The translations under genes were made by a program, and so were the position numbers. Of a stretch of DNA of 64,000 nucleotides, positions 13,251 through 27,360 are shown one piece after another. The notes beneath the pieces are model-generated. The model did no database searches, had not been told where the DNA came from, and was given only the letters and a program-made list of their open reading frames with translations. The DNA comes from Lepidodermella squamata (lineage: Eukaryota > Animalia > Gastrotricha): contig JBLDXI010000056.1 of NCBI GenBank assembly GCA_047495785.1, positions 186,001 through 250,000 on the forward strand, read 5' to 3'. Position 1 is the stretch's first letter. Each line of letters opens with the position of its first letter.

Positions 13251-16200
13251 TCAGCAGCAACGACGATCAAGTTAGCTATCTCCGGCGGTGGTGAACGAAT
13301 GATGATCGCACGGCCGGTAACATGTAAGTGTGTTATAACGATGTTATTACGAGTAAAAACACCACATTTATATCACGTTAACATCATCTAGATTAGCAAA
13401 AATCGAAAATATTAAATGAAAATTGAGCAAAATAAGCAATGACTCATTTTGAAAATTAGACTCAAATTAATCAAAAATGGGCGAGCATAAGATATTTCTC
13501 GAATTTCAATTTAAAGACGATTGAAAAACTACAAAATCGGCGAGGAACCCACATATTGCGATCAGCTATAAGAGGATCAAATCGAATTTATCAATAAAAA
13601 ATCTCCAGGGAAATTTTCAAATCAACCTTTCAAGATTGAGGGCTGAGGACATTTCTACAATATTTCCATAATTAATAGCAAATAATCTATAATAAAAGCT
13701 TTGATTTCGGTCGAGATACCTAACTATTTGAAAATCTCTATATATAAAGCAAATCCTTTTCAGAAAAAACTGGAACATTTTCGAACATTTTTCAAAGCTA
13801 TCAAACACGCAAGTGTAATTGTTCAAGACAGGTGGATTGGGAAAATTATTACAGATGTCTGTTTTGAGCTTGGCTAATTGAAATCGCACGAAAAATGTAA
13901 CACTATCGATTGAAATAACCAAATTTTCCAAACAAGTCAACGATCGAGTTATTTTTGTAGAATAATTGTAAATCTTTCGATTTCCGATAGCTAAAATGGA
14001 GCAAACATCACCTAATATTTTCTCTAAAATAATCAAACAAAAGCCTATCGTCAAAATTGAAAAATTTAAAGACAAAATTTGATGTATCAGACATACTTTT
14101 AGGCTCGAATCTAAAAAAACTCTTGATTAACATGGGCGGAAGTTGTAACGAAATACTATTGCGGAAGGTGGGAGAAAGAACTAACAAACGTTGTATGATT
14201 ATTATTATTATGAATAATTTCTAAGCAAAGGGCTGAGAAGTGGCCAGCCCTCTGCGCTATGCATACATGGATAAACACATGTTGCCGCTGCTGCTGCTAG
14301 TTTGTACTATTATTTATGTAAACAAAAGCAAATTGCGAGCGTGTCATTTGATTTGTGACATGAGCCGCATGAGGATAGCTATTACGATGCGCCTGACCTT
14401 ACTACACTTTCGTTTTACGTATGTTCTCGCGCTCGGCCTTCTTCATTCACGATTCAGGGTGTCAATTTGTCGCAAAGAGATGAAACAATTTTACATGTTT
14501 TTAACTGCAGAATAAAACATATACCTGGCAATACGGCATTTATTAGGTAAATAAAACAGGTCATTGAGCTGTAAGACTAGAGATGAGTTAAATGCGATTA
14601 GCGGCGAGGTTAAACAAACACCCTGTAATTAAAAGCAATTCAGGCCGACGATGATGATGAAAACCGCAGAAAATGAAGTAAAATTAGTCTATGTTCTGAA
14701 TATTTTGAATTGAAAATAACGATAAAAATTGGAGATGAGATCAAAGAGGAGATCAAGTTAGGTTCAAAGCACGCAAAGATCTTAAGGATTTGATCAAAAC
14801 TTGATCCGGCTTTCTTGCCGTAGTTCAGCCGAAATACTAAAATGGTATACCTATACGTGAGAGTTTTTATTACAAATAGGAGCTTCGTGAAATAACAATT
14901 CAGATAGCACTTAGAAACTTGATCTGGAAATTCAAATGAGAAAATTCAAATTATTCTAAAATCGACGAGATCAAGTTAGGTTCACGGTCTAGAAAAATAT
15001 TCATTTTTGATTCCGACCTAATCTGGCGAGCTTAATGCACTTTCAAGTTCCAGAAATTAAAGCGTTTCGTGCTTGTCTGCGAAAAATGACGGCCTTCAAT
15101 CGAAAAATACTGAAAATATTGAAAAGTGCGAAGTTGGTGATGTCTATTAATTTTGAAATCCAGCGACAAAATTAGATCGGCTATGAAGTATAGCAAACAA
15201 AGATTTAATCATTGAAAGCGACACATATAAATGCCGTAGTTTCTGAAATTGTAAAGACATATCGGAATCGTGCATCGGTGTAAAAATAGAACAATCAATT
15301 TTCGCGTGAAATTTAATGATTATTTGAGCAGGTAGCGGTCGGTCATTATAATCCCTAAGAAAAATTGAAAAAACACGTCTGAAGGAGCCAAAAACCTAAT
15401 GCTAAAATCGATCCAGGATGTGCGATGAGAGGAAAAATTGTATCACAAGGGCCTCTGTGCCTCGGTGAAAATAACCCGATGAAAAGCTATAATTACAACG
15501 TGAACAAGAAAATAAAAATTTTGCGTGCGGTTACACGCACTAGAGATCGGCGAAAAAAAATGTCTTACAGGGGAAAAAAATTATGTGAAGTATGAATTTA
15601 CACGCGAGGCGAGTGGCTTTTCGCCGGCGATAATTGTCGGTGTTTAATTTCCGGCGTTCGGGCTATTATACGGAAGCGCACAAATTGGCGCGTTGGACGG
15701 ACGGCGGCGAAAAAAACCACCGTGATTTGCCGCTGTGTACTATATGTCAAAGGGCGCGAAATTATTACACAAGCGACGACGAGATGGGCGACGAATTGAG
15801 AGAGAGAGAACTAAATAATAATAGCCGATGCATCGCAATGGCGTCGACAAGCGGGCCAGCGAGCGAGAGAAAAAGCCGCAAATAATCGCAATAGTAATAA
15901 CAATCATTATAATAATAAAAACTTTTACAACACAATTTTCGAGCATGCGATGTCGTCGCTGGGCCTCGCGCGCGCGCGTCTGCTCATTTATTATGCGTGT
16001 GTGTGTGTGTGTCTCGTTCGTTCATCGTACAACTATTACTACTTCTACTACGACTACTACTACCTCGCGTGTGTGTGTACACACGAACGCGAGAAAAATC
16101 GATACTGACTTCGCGACGCATCGATCTATTGCAGTTTGCAGTCGTAAGGTAGCAGCAGCCACAGCAGCAGCAACAACCGCCTTGTTTGTAAAACGTGCAC

Positions 16201-19200
16201 ATACGCGCGTATCTGTCGATGGGACTACCGCGCAGCCACTCGAGCGTGCAGCAACAGATAACACCTATAAGCAGCGCTACAAAAGTAGCCGGTGGAGGGC
16301 GGGGCGGGGGCGTAAATAACCAGGTAGAGCAATAACAACAATGCCCCATAACCGCGTCTTTTTCACAATTTCTTGCCCGATGCCGAAAACGTAGTGGGAT
16401 TGGGATGAGGCTGATATTACTACTGTAGTAGGTACCGTCTCTATATATAACCCACTCGAGTGCGTATTTATGCGGCCGGCGCGAGGATGGAGCAAGAAAC
16501 CAAAGCGCCAGTTGTATGATTATGATGAAGATGGTACGGCAGTAGTCTAAATACTACTATTATAATACGATTATTTTTGCCGCGCTTATCATCGACGTTG
16601 GCGAACTTTTCAATAAATAAAACACAGCGCCACGCATGGGTAAATACTGCTGGTTTCGCTTCTTGACCTCGAGCATCGCGAAGCAAGATGAGGTTGTTAT
16701 TCAGCTTCAGCCGCAGCCGCAGCAGCAGTTTTATTGCGTCAGTTTTTCGACGTAGCGCGAAAAATCTCTCTAATATACCATATTAGTTGTGTAGATGTAT
16801 ATAATATGTTTGGTTTTTTGGCCCAATTAGGCGGGTTCAGTGCGCATTCTGATCATCGCCGGGGCACATGATTGTATTGCATTGTGTTTACAATGCCTAG
16901 TCTCATATTGTGGTAATATTATTGTTTCACGTGCCGGCTAATCGCTGATTTTTGATACAAAACTTAAGGAAATAAATCGAAGCGGAAGGAGATTAAAAAC
17001 ACGGCTCGGAAGTGATTATACCTGGAAATGGCCTATTACCTAGTTGCGACTTTGAAAGGTATACGATAACAATCATCAAAGGAAATAAATAAGTTTTTAG
17101 TCCAAATTCGTACAAAATCGGTGAAAAAAATAGCAAGGGTAAAATATATTTCGAGAGAGAGAACATTTTTATGAAGAATGCAGCGCAATTTTGAACATTT
17201 CAAGCGTAATATTTTTAGATGCGACACATTCAGACGCAAAAAGGAAACATTTTGATTTTCGAGCTAAAAAATAATCTTTAAAAATTGGGTGAATTTAGAT
17301 TTAATGTGTAATTTATCGAGAAAAACTAAACTTATAAAATCAGTTCAAAGATGAAAGTCAGCGTTATGATTTATTTGCGAAGAAAAAATCAGAACGCACA
17401 ATTCTTTATTCGAGTAAATCCCAGAAGTTTTCAAATCATGGATAAAAATAATATTATGAAACATCAAGGAAAAAAGTTAACTGATTCTTGGTTTACATCA
17501 AGTGCCTTGTACTAGATGAAATAAATATTTCTGGCATCGTTTTCGTAAAAGTACACATAAATTTTCGCGATTTTTTTCCACCGCAAAATGCCGCCCAGGG
17601 AATTGTGCTTAGGACGTCGCTGATACGAAAATATTATATGGGCATTTAAAACGTTATATAAATATAGACTATTATAAAGCCGGTGAAGGAGCGGATTAAA
17701 GACTCGCAGGAAGAAGGAAGAAAGAAAAAACGTTATCATTATACAGCAATAAATAAAGTGTTGTTAAGTATTGTATATCCGTATGAATAAAGTAACATAA
17801 GCCGGCAACATTTGGGCCGAATTTTTCCTAGCTCTACAGATTAAGAGCTGGCGCCCGGCAACAACAAGACGTCTCATCGCTGCTTCGAAAACAGTAATAA
17901 TAATAATAATAATAATATATTATGATTATATATTATCATCGATGGATAGATAGCCGCGCGACGCAGCCAATCGGCCGCTTCCGCTGCTGTGCGCGCATTA
18001 GGCCGCAATATTGTCGCCAAAATAGATCAAATAATGATGCGACTACTGCGACTACTAAAGAGTAACAGCGCAGCGCAGTGCTATATGCGTGTGTAATCAG
18101 ATGTGCGATGAGCGAGAGGCGCGTGAATTAAATTCACTGGCGCGCGTTGCCTATTAGGGGCCAAAAGTTGTCGCCTATAATAAGTATACACACAGTCGCC
18201 GCAACAGTAGCAGCATCAGCAGCAGCAACAGCCGCAGCAGACCAACAGCAGCAAGAAGTGGTGCCATTTATCGACCGGCGTCGTGCACTTATTAGCGACG
18301 GCCCAGCCCGTATCATCATCATCACCAAGTAGCTATTTTATTTGTAGTGTGTCGCCTTTTTATATCGCGGCTCTGTAAAATTTGGCGTTTCGTATAAACG
18401 TTTCACGCGACGGCGAACAAGGCGAAATAATCAACTGGGGGTAGCACTTCCGCGTGCTCCGATTTCAAGTTCGCCAGCATATTCTGACTGCCGTCGCAAC
18501 AATAACAATAACAACAACGGCAATGAAATAAAACAAATATGCGGCTATAATTCGGTCGAGAGGCGCATATTAGCCGGCTCAATGTCTCGCGGCCCCGCAG
18601 AAATTTCATTATGCCATGTTACCGCGCCTCGATGCCGAGATTTGAAATCAAGTAATCGATAAGCTTCACCTGATATCGTCATCGCGGGAAATGGCGGTAT
18701 AAGAAAATTTTCCCTGAATTCCGAAAAATTCAAAGCTTAATTGGAAAGAAACCGAACATTTCTCGATTTAAAAAATTCAAATTTTTCGGAATTAATTTTT
18801 TTTTAAACACACAGGCACTTCGGAAAATTGAAAGAGGAAACCCAGTTAACTGATAAGAGCTGATTTACTCAGAATTGATGTCCATGCTTTTACGATGAGC
18901 AATTTCAAGGTTGAAATGTGAGTGGAATTAAAGCAAATTATTGATTGCTCTTTTTGACAATGAGGAAATTGACGAAGCTTCGGTGCGTTTCAGTAAGTTC
19001 TGCGCTATGTCCAGTAAGTTGTCCGAGCGTTTAGCAGTGTTAGAAAGCTCGTTAAGTTTTACTTATTGAAAACGAAAGATTCAATAGGTAAGTAAGTAGC
19101 AGCGAAGACCCTGAACGAAGTCATATAACTTCCTGAACTTCTACAAATGTGAACAATTACTTTCAATCATGCTTCGCCGAGTGGTACGGTTTGAGGGACT

Positions 19201-20595
19201 CCATTAATTTGGATATTAATAAACCATTGAAAAATCTTCAATTAAATATACGATTTTCACAGCAAGGTTCGTTCAATGAAGACGAAGGAAAGGATGAGAG
19301 ATCGAATTATTCAATGAAATTTAAATACGAAATTATTTAAAACTTGGCGTACATAAGAAACAACATTGGCAGTATTAGGCCCATTTTTAATCTGTTGACA
19401 TTTCAGCCAAAAATTCAAAAGCTTTGTGAGTTTTTGGGTGCAGTTTTATACGGTTCACGAAAAACTTAAACGAAACATGGAACAGCGATGTGATAGCTTA
19501 CTCAAATCCAGAGAGAGAAACCAGAATGCTTCAAGTATATAGTTTATAGTTCATAGTTCTCCCAAAAAAGTTTGAGTTGTTTGAATCCGCCAATCGGAAA
19601 TAATGTTAAAATACTCCCTCGCAGCTAGTCTAGCGTTCTAGATTATTTGAGAAAATTACTAATATTATGAAAAGTTATCAAAAAGCATACAAATAGAAAA
19701 ATTATTACAGTAAACAAAACTTCAAAATAAAGAAATAATCAACACATTGCTTGAGATTAATAGATTATCCCGTGCCCCCGAAGATGAATGCCCGGGAATG
19801 AAAAAAATTGAGAAATTAATACATAGCCAATTTAAAATAGATCATGATAAGATGTTGATAAAATCTATTCAATGCCAAGGTATTGATATCACAACCAAAA
19901 TTTGTGATGAAAGAAATCGCACGTATTGTAAGCCAACAATTTGTGGCCTGTCAAAAGAAAAGGCGCAACACGTCGAAAGGCGTACCCTGTCAAATCGTGT
20001 TTCAAAAAAGGGCACACTAATAGTAATAACTGACCGCAATATTATTTGACGGCGAGATGATTATCATGACAACTGCCGCGGATGATGATGATGGATAAAT
20101 GATAAACGGCCGTAATTCACGCGATGATGATGATGAGTGCAAAGCCATATTCTTTTCAAGGTGTCGGCAACGTCGTATTATTACGGCTGTCAACTTGAGT
20201 ACGGCTTAATTAGTCGAACCGAGCCGCATAATAATAATAATGATCGACATGAAACCAAGTAATTAATGCAAGTGGTGTGTTTTTTATTCATGTGAAATGC
20301 GATGTATATTGTATTATGCATTTATGCGGTTAATTTTTGATATCAGCTGCTCTGCATCAGGTAAATATTTGCGAGCGTTGTTTTTATTATAAATACCGCC
20401 GATTAGTATTGCTGTTATTATGTCGTGATGATGATGATGATGATGGGTAATGCTCTTGTCGTCGTCTATTGCCGCTGAGACCAGCATTTGCTATGAACAA
20501 TAAATAATACTGACGGACATAATAAAGCTCACTCACCGCACGCCGCTTGAGATGGAGCGTGTTTTTGAAAAAATTCAGGTTCTTTTGCACCTAGC

Positions 20596-22427
20596 ATGGC
20601 CAGCAAAATCGGTGAATTTGACCTAATAAATAAGAAAAAAATAATCATGATGACAAAAGAGATGACGAAGTCACCAACTCCTTAATTCGTGAACTAAAAA
20701 TTCAAAAACACATCATAACAAAGATTTTGTGAAACTTCCGGCGTACTTCCCACAGCCTAGTTTGCGATCAGGTTCGTCCGCGGTAAAATGAACAATTCTT
20801 TCCCAATATACCATATACCATGCCGAGCGTGGTCTTTCTTTACTACCTGGGTAGCACGATGGGTAAAGACGTGCTCTCAAATCTCGAATCTCAAATCTCT
20901 CCATTATTAAGACCGCGAGAAACCGCGAGATACCGGATAACTATCAGCTGTTCGAGCTTTTCGCGAATTCAAGAACTTGACAAAAACTTCAAAAACTTTA
21001 GTCCGGGTTTGCAAGGTGACCTAGGTTATTTTCATCTTTTGCGAGCTAATTTCGATAGCCGAAGCTATGACGGCGCTTCAAGTCATTCTACGCCAAAGAC
21101 CCTCTCGAAAAATCAAAGAAAGAAACAACAGCAAGCCCTCGAAAAGGAGCGAAGGCGTCAAGCCACCCTTGCAAAGCAGCAAAATAATCGCCGGGTTCAG
21201 GTAGGGACGACGTTGATATTACGAAATGGTTGGCGCGGTAGGTTGTCCCTTCGCTTTTCAAGGCCATAAAATAGGCAAATCAACTAACGGGTCACCACAA
21301 ACGGCCACTGCTCCGTGAACTATCGACGCGACTTTGCTCCCCAGTGCAAAATGATTCAGTGTGAAATCAAAACCTATTTCTCTTAAGCTGAAAGACGAAC
21401 GACGCGAGGAGTTGGCCTCATCATCCGATTCTACACACCAGGCTTTATGGCAAGGTTCTTCAAGAGGCTTTCGACAACAAAAATTTATCCTAGGCACCAT
21501 CGGTGGATGTTATCCGATAAGCAAAATCGGACAAGCAGCTTTTGGACAGGTTTCAAGTCAACGGCTACATCGATTTGGCTTTTTGCGAGAGGAACAGAAG
21601 AAAGGTCCCATAAGAAGGTCTACATTCGTGAAATAGATAGGAATTCCGACATTCTGCGTTTTACTGCTGAATACTTAAATTTCTCTTTTTCAAATTGGTT
21701 TCACTTTTCGAGGATAGAATCTACTGATTCTACTGATTCTACTGATTGCTTCATTATGATGCAACCGGCTAAATGATCCGCAATGAGCAAGAAGCAAGAT
21801 GAGAGCACAGTTCTTCAATACGTCATGTGTCCGAGACGCGCCGATATAGCTAGAATGTCAATCTTTTGACCTGGTTTTCGGCCAATCAGCAAGCCAAAGC
21901 CATCCAAAACTGCCATGTTACCCATTCCATCTGTAACGCCCTGCGTTGCGATATTTCCTTCGACCTACTTCAATCATTAGTCAGACTTTCAATCAATGCT
22001 GCTTCCAAGCCTACATCTCGCGGATGGTTTTGTAACTACTCGACTCTAACGTCATGTCGAAATTCAGCGCAATTTTCGACAAAATGGAGGCAAGCAATGT
22101 CCCAACTTTGCAATACGTTGTACAGAGCAACGTCTTAGCAGATAACAGATAGGATCTGTGCACCAAGTCTCTCTGATCATGCTCTGATTTGTGGGCTCAG
22201 TAAGAAGAAGATGCGAAGCTTTGCCTGATGTGGATAAGCTTCACAAGTTGGTCGCAGAGCTCGACCCAACTTTTAAAGTTCTCCTACTCACAAATGATGT
22301 AAAATATCACAAAAGTAGAATTTTCGACTTTTACGAAGCTCTTAATTCTTTCTCAGGCGGCTCATCTCGAGCTCCTATGTTATCCTTCAAATCCTATGTT
22401 ATCCTACAACTTTGTTATCAATACTAA
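20596..22427 (+). pseudogene. Possible decayed or frameshifted protein-coding remnant of unknown family
   Basis: Island of intermediate GC with a chain of protein-like ORF fragments (20820-21269, 21447-21776, 21866-22138, 22191-22427) that I could not join in frame. No recognisable domain. Confidence 0.25.
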
Positions 22428-23851
22428 ATGAAATTTTATTTAACCCAGATGTCTCACTTGTAGTAAGAAAAAACGACAAACCTGCAGCATTTTTCATTTC
22501 AGCGGCTTTAGTAATTCAGTTTCAGCGGCGGCTATAACGCATCTCTATACAAAACATGCGGAAAAACTTCACGAAAAAATGAACAAATCATATTCATGAA
22601 ATACGCCCATTGTTTATTCATCTATGTATACACATGTATTCATTTCAATATATAACATTTATATTAGTCTTTCATACATTCAATTTTAGTAAAGATAGAG
22701 AGCGAGAGAGAGAGAGAGAGAAAACATTTCATTCCACCGAATCGATAAACACATGCAATCGAATTGTTGTCGGCCAATTCGCTTAGAATTTCGGGGTGAT
22801 AAAACGGAATTAAGAGAACGGCTAACTTCAAGATTACCAAATCATCACATGCACCAAGTGTCGACCCCTAATTATCATCATTAATCAGAAAAAGCCACGG
22901 CCCTTGACGTTCTGTTTTTTCTCTCTGTAACAACAATTGCCAAAATAGGAAGATCAGGAGGTGAAGATCGGTTTACTTTCGTAATAAAGGTATACTTTAA
23001 TGATTGGTAATTTCGGTAGTTATTGATTTGGTATCAAAAGAAAAAGTTTCATAAGTCACGTGGCGGCGGCAAAAATTCCTTTTCTCATCCTGTCTTATTT
23101 ACAATATAAATTTACGCGTGAAAGTGAGAGGAAAAATAAACGAGATGTAGGCCTAAATAGAGCTTGCCCTAGAACTCGTCATTACACGCGGGTTTCAGTT
23201 TTAATCAGTCATATTTTTTAAATAAATTTACAGTTTTTTTTAGTCTATCTCAAAAACAACGCTTACTGTATAGCGTAACTCGGACGAAGTGGAGAGAGAG
23301 AGCAATAGAGACACAGAGATTTTTGCTTCCGATTCATAATAATAATAATAATGATAACACCAAGCTGCGAAAGAGAATTTAAGACTTTGAACGAAATTGA
23401 TTCACGCCAGCATCAGTCGTTGCACAACAATTTACACCATCGCAATATTTTTCATTCCTGATCAAAGTTCACTGGAAAATAATATTCACGTCCAGACATT
23501 TTTCGCGGGTTAAAAAGCTTAAAAATCCTGTTCTAAATTTTTTAACGCGAATAACGCCTCATTTCGAGTTTATAACATACATTTTCTTTATTTTCTCTCA
23601 CACTGGAATATAATAATATTTCTCTCTAAAGGACCCAGCAACCATATTTCTGCCACCGATTGCGTTTAACTGTGTCAATAATAGCGAATTTATACACATT
23701 TATCAAACAAACATGAGCCGAGAAAAATTTGTTTTCATTTTTTTCTTCATCTGTGGTATTTTTTACGAAGTGACACGGCGAGAGAGCGAAAGAAAGGCGG
23801 AGCGCATAATTATTATCATTTTTCTATCAAACAACAACGCTAAGAATCGAA

Positions 23852-25845
23852 TCATTCCTCGTCACTTCCGCTGTTGTTCTCGTCGTTATCGCCCGGCTGG
23901 AAATCGGAATGGCGCACCACGTCGTAGTCACGAATCGCCGCACTCGACTCGCTTTCGCCCGCAGATTCGTGGCCATTTTCGTGCTTCCGCCCATCGTTAT
24001 CCTCTCGACCCGTTGTGTCGCCGTCGTTATCGAGTTTTTTCGTGGCAGACGAAGCAACAGGTGGTTTATCAGAGGATTTCTCCTCCTTTTTATCCTCAGA
24101 AGCTGTGTTAGACGTTTTGTCATCTTTGGCCGCTGATTTTTTCGCCTTCTTCTCGCCCGGGTTCGAAATCGAGTACATTGGCTTGAACGACTCGAAGAAG
24201 CCGCAGTCTTCGAATAGATTCGGGTACAGCCAGAAGTGTTTCTTGCCGACAGTTGCGCACCACACGCCGATGAAGAGGCAGAAGCGGATGATTGCGAGAA
24301 CGATGAGCAGACCGAGCAGGCCGATGAGGCCGAGACACACGTAGTAGATGCCGACGCGCAGCTGCATCGGCCACAGCGGGTACAGGCATGCGGCGATGGC
24401 GCCGATGATGGCGAGGAAACCGAGAAGGTACGTCTTGGCTGACACCGGGTCGAAGATCCACACGAACAGCGCCTCGTCGGCTTCACCGCCGTCGACGAAA
24501 ACCTATTGAAAGCATCACGAATATTCAACGCATGAAATTGTGGACAAATTTATGGTCGAAGCAATGCAATTTACGGCCTTAAAAAGATGAAATCGAGAAA
24601 ACGGAATATAATCTCAATGCCGCCGCTAGTTCTCGAAAGCAAAAATTCATGCAAGAAGACACCAATTCATGAAATTCAAACATTGAATTTTCAGTAATTA
24701 TCGTCGTAATCTCAGAAAACAGAGAGGATTATTTTGCGGAACCTAATTTTCCTGTTCCTAACCGGACCTTCAAAGCTTAGATCAACTAAATTTAAAAATT
24801 CTAACAAAACCAAATTTGACCGGAAGCGGATACAAACTTCAAACGTTCAATTTGCTCGAAATGTTTTTGGGTTTTTTATAATCAACTATCGAAAATCCTG
24901 ATAAATTAAGTGAATTTGTCTCCACATAGGAGCTATATGGATTGCTGAAAGCCACAATAAACAATTATTTAAGGCTGTGAAGAAATCGACGAATTCGAGA
25001 CATTCAAGTCTTGAACTAACTTCATTTCTGAATGATTTCTTTATAAAGCCTCATTATTACTCGGAAAAATCGGTGAAACAATGATAGAAAAAACTACAGA
25101 AAATGACATTTTTGGATTATTGGTGTTTTATACCAAGTTTCAAATGTTGCTTTCGCAAAAGATAATTTTCTTGGACAAATCCTGTCTATCTGCTGTGATC
25201 GAAATACAAGTTGATGACTAACCTGTTCTTCGTGTGGTTCAAGTTTGGCAGGTTTCCGGGGCTTTTTCTGCTTCTTATCCTTATCCTTATCGTCCTTTTC
25301 CTTCGTTTCCGACTCGTCCTTGCTGTCTTTTTCTTTGGTAACAGTCTCCTCAGCACTGCTAGGATTTGCTGCATCCGCTTTTTCAGCACTGGACAGTTCT
25401 TCCTTGCCAGACTTTTTCGACTTTTTGCCGTCTTTCTTATCGGCTTTATCCGATTTTTTTGCCTTGCGAATCCGCAACACGCGTCGGAAGATGTCCTTTT
25501 CTAACAAAGTGTGGCAGTAATCGACGCAGGCCTGGCGGTTCGGAAACAGCACAGTGTCGTCTTTTTTCGTCGCGCTCGCCCATTTACTGGCCATGAGGAG
25601 ATCGACGGCTTTCGACCCAGCAAAGTAGGCCACTTGGTTGCCGAGGCAAACGCCTTCCTTGTTTTTCAAATTAAACCGCAAATATTTTGCGATTTCTTTT
25701 TCCTCCTTGGTAGGCGTGACCTAAAACATTCAATAGCGTAATGGAATTAGTCATTTCTCGCGTAGAAACTCACGAGATCAGAAGGATTTCCATTTTCCTT
25801 CTTGCCCTTTTTCTTGTTACGGCCACGAAGAACCTGAGTACTCAT
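23852..25845 (-). CDS. SEC62: Translocation protein SEC62
   Basis: Exons 25845-25774, 25720-25223, 24502-23852, all with phase-0 GT-AG introns. Motifs: EIAKYLRFN, YFAGSKAVDLLMASKW, LEPHEEQVF, VWIFDP, CLYPLWP, two TM helices, HFWLYPNLFEDCGFFESFKPMY; acidic tail. Confidence 0.96.
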
Positions 25846-26090
25846 GTTTTTCAATTAAATCTCTAGAAAAATATCGCAAAATTGTAAACTATTTTACTCA
25901 ATAATTGTCACGGATAGATGACGACAGATATATGTGTTCGTTAATTCGGAGTAGAAAATCGCGACTATTCAATCCCAGCTTCGACGACTGGCTTCTCTAA
26001 TTCGGCCTCGTGAGTTTCGCCTGTTCCGTTTCCGTTGGTATTCGAGAAATCCGGAGGTAACTAGAATGGGGTTTCTTGATTAAAACGAAT

Positions 26091-27360
26091 CTAAGGTGGG
26101 AAAACTACATCTACCTCACTGGATTCAGGCTCCTCGCCCTCTACGCCGTTCTGATGGTTGGCTTGATCGTCTTCGTGATGACTGGTCGCGTCGTCGATTT
26201 CAAACGGACGATCGTCGATCAAATCTTCGTCCTGGTGGTGGTTCTTTTCATTTGTATCACAATCAACATTTGCACTCGATTCACCACCTTCGGGCTCAAT
26301 CAGCGGCGGCTCTTCGACGTCATCTTCCGGCAAAATAGCGTTCACAACTAAGATACGCTCGCCCTTCAGGTAAGTATTGTTCAGTTTCTCAACAGCTTTC
26401 AGAACCATGTCTCGCCGTGAAAATTCAACAAACCCAGACGCATCGCTAGCTACACTTGCATATAAAACTGTACCTATTTCGTCAAAGTGGCGGCGCAGGT
26501 CTTGGAAAGTTGTCGAAGGCGTCAGATTTTCGACGCAAATGCGCCACTTTGAGCGTTTCGTTGTTTTCTCGTCAAACCTAGAAGTGGAGGATGGCTTACG
26601 TGGTGGTGGGGTTCGCGAACGCTTGCGCTGGATTCGCAATGGCGAAGACTTGCGAGGACGGACCGGAGAGCGACGACGGGGAGAACGCGATCGACTGCGG
26701 CGACGCGGTGGAGGGCCACTGCGAGGAGGAGGAGACCAGCTGCGAAGACTATCCCGGCGAAACGCGGGTTCCGGCTCGTAGGAACGGTAAGGAGGCATAG
26801 GTTCCGGCGGATAGCCAGGCCTTCCAGGCACACCTGAGTACGGGTTGGCGTACGGAGCACTGTAACCTGACGCAGGAGCTCCATAACCAGGTCCCCCTGA
26901 ATACAAACCACCCGCAGCTGGACCTCCGTAATACGACGGTTGGCCGCCATAGCCACGTGGGGGCGACGGCGAACGCCCACGGCCTGAAGGTGGCCCAGTT
27001 TTCTTGATCTTAGTCGTATCTTCCTTAGCATGCTCGACAATAAGCCGATCACCCATAAACTCGGTTCGGTTCATGGCAAAAACTACAACGGACCGATATG
27101 TACAACGAGGATACGATTAAAGTAAATCAAACGAGTTCAAATTTTGTGGATAAATAAAGAAACGCGATATTATCAATGTTATACATACCAGCAGCATCAG
27201 CCTGCTCATTTGTTTCAAACTCAACGAAGCCGTAATTACTCTTGAGCTGGACATCAACGATACGGCCAAATCTCCCAAAGATATCATAAATATCTCTGCT
27301 GGATACCGCACCTTCTTTCAATCGACCGATGTAACACCGAGCCCGATTCATACGAGACAT
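26091..27360 (-). CDS. SR-family splicing factor, SRSF4/5/6 (SRp55/B52)-like: RRM1, G/Y/P linker, RS-rich segment, pseudo-RRM2, acidic tail
   Basis: Exon 1 27360-27189 (YIGRL, FGRFGRI, KSNYGFVEFE). Phase-1 intron 27188-27083. Exon 2 27082-26091 (LIVEHAK, RSRSRSPRRRSP, RICVENLTPSTTFQDLRRHF resembling the SWQDLKD motif, GFVEF, AVEKLNNTYLKGERI). Confidence 0.85.

Noticed and set aside
14749-14984. 18-bp direct repeat gagatcaagttaggttca (two copies); similarly atcgcgactcgaat at ~32126 and ~32393
   Set aside because: Only two copies each, with no array structure or element boundaries; not CRISPR-like.
13400-20560. Many 60-160-aa ORFs in the ORF track
   Set aside because: They derive from AT-rich or microsatellite (aat, agc, gt, gat) sequence with no domains or exon chain; probably FARP 5' regulatory/UTR and intergenic DNA.
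26091-26115. Possible 25-nt intron at the end of the SR gene
   Set aside because: Much shorter than the ~45-60-nt minimum seen elsewhere in the window; the unspliced stop is the simpler reading.
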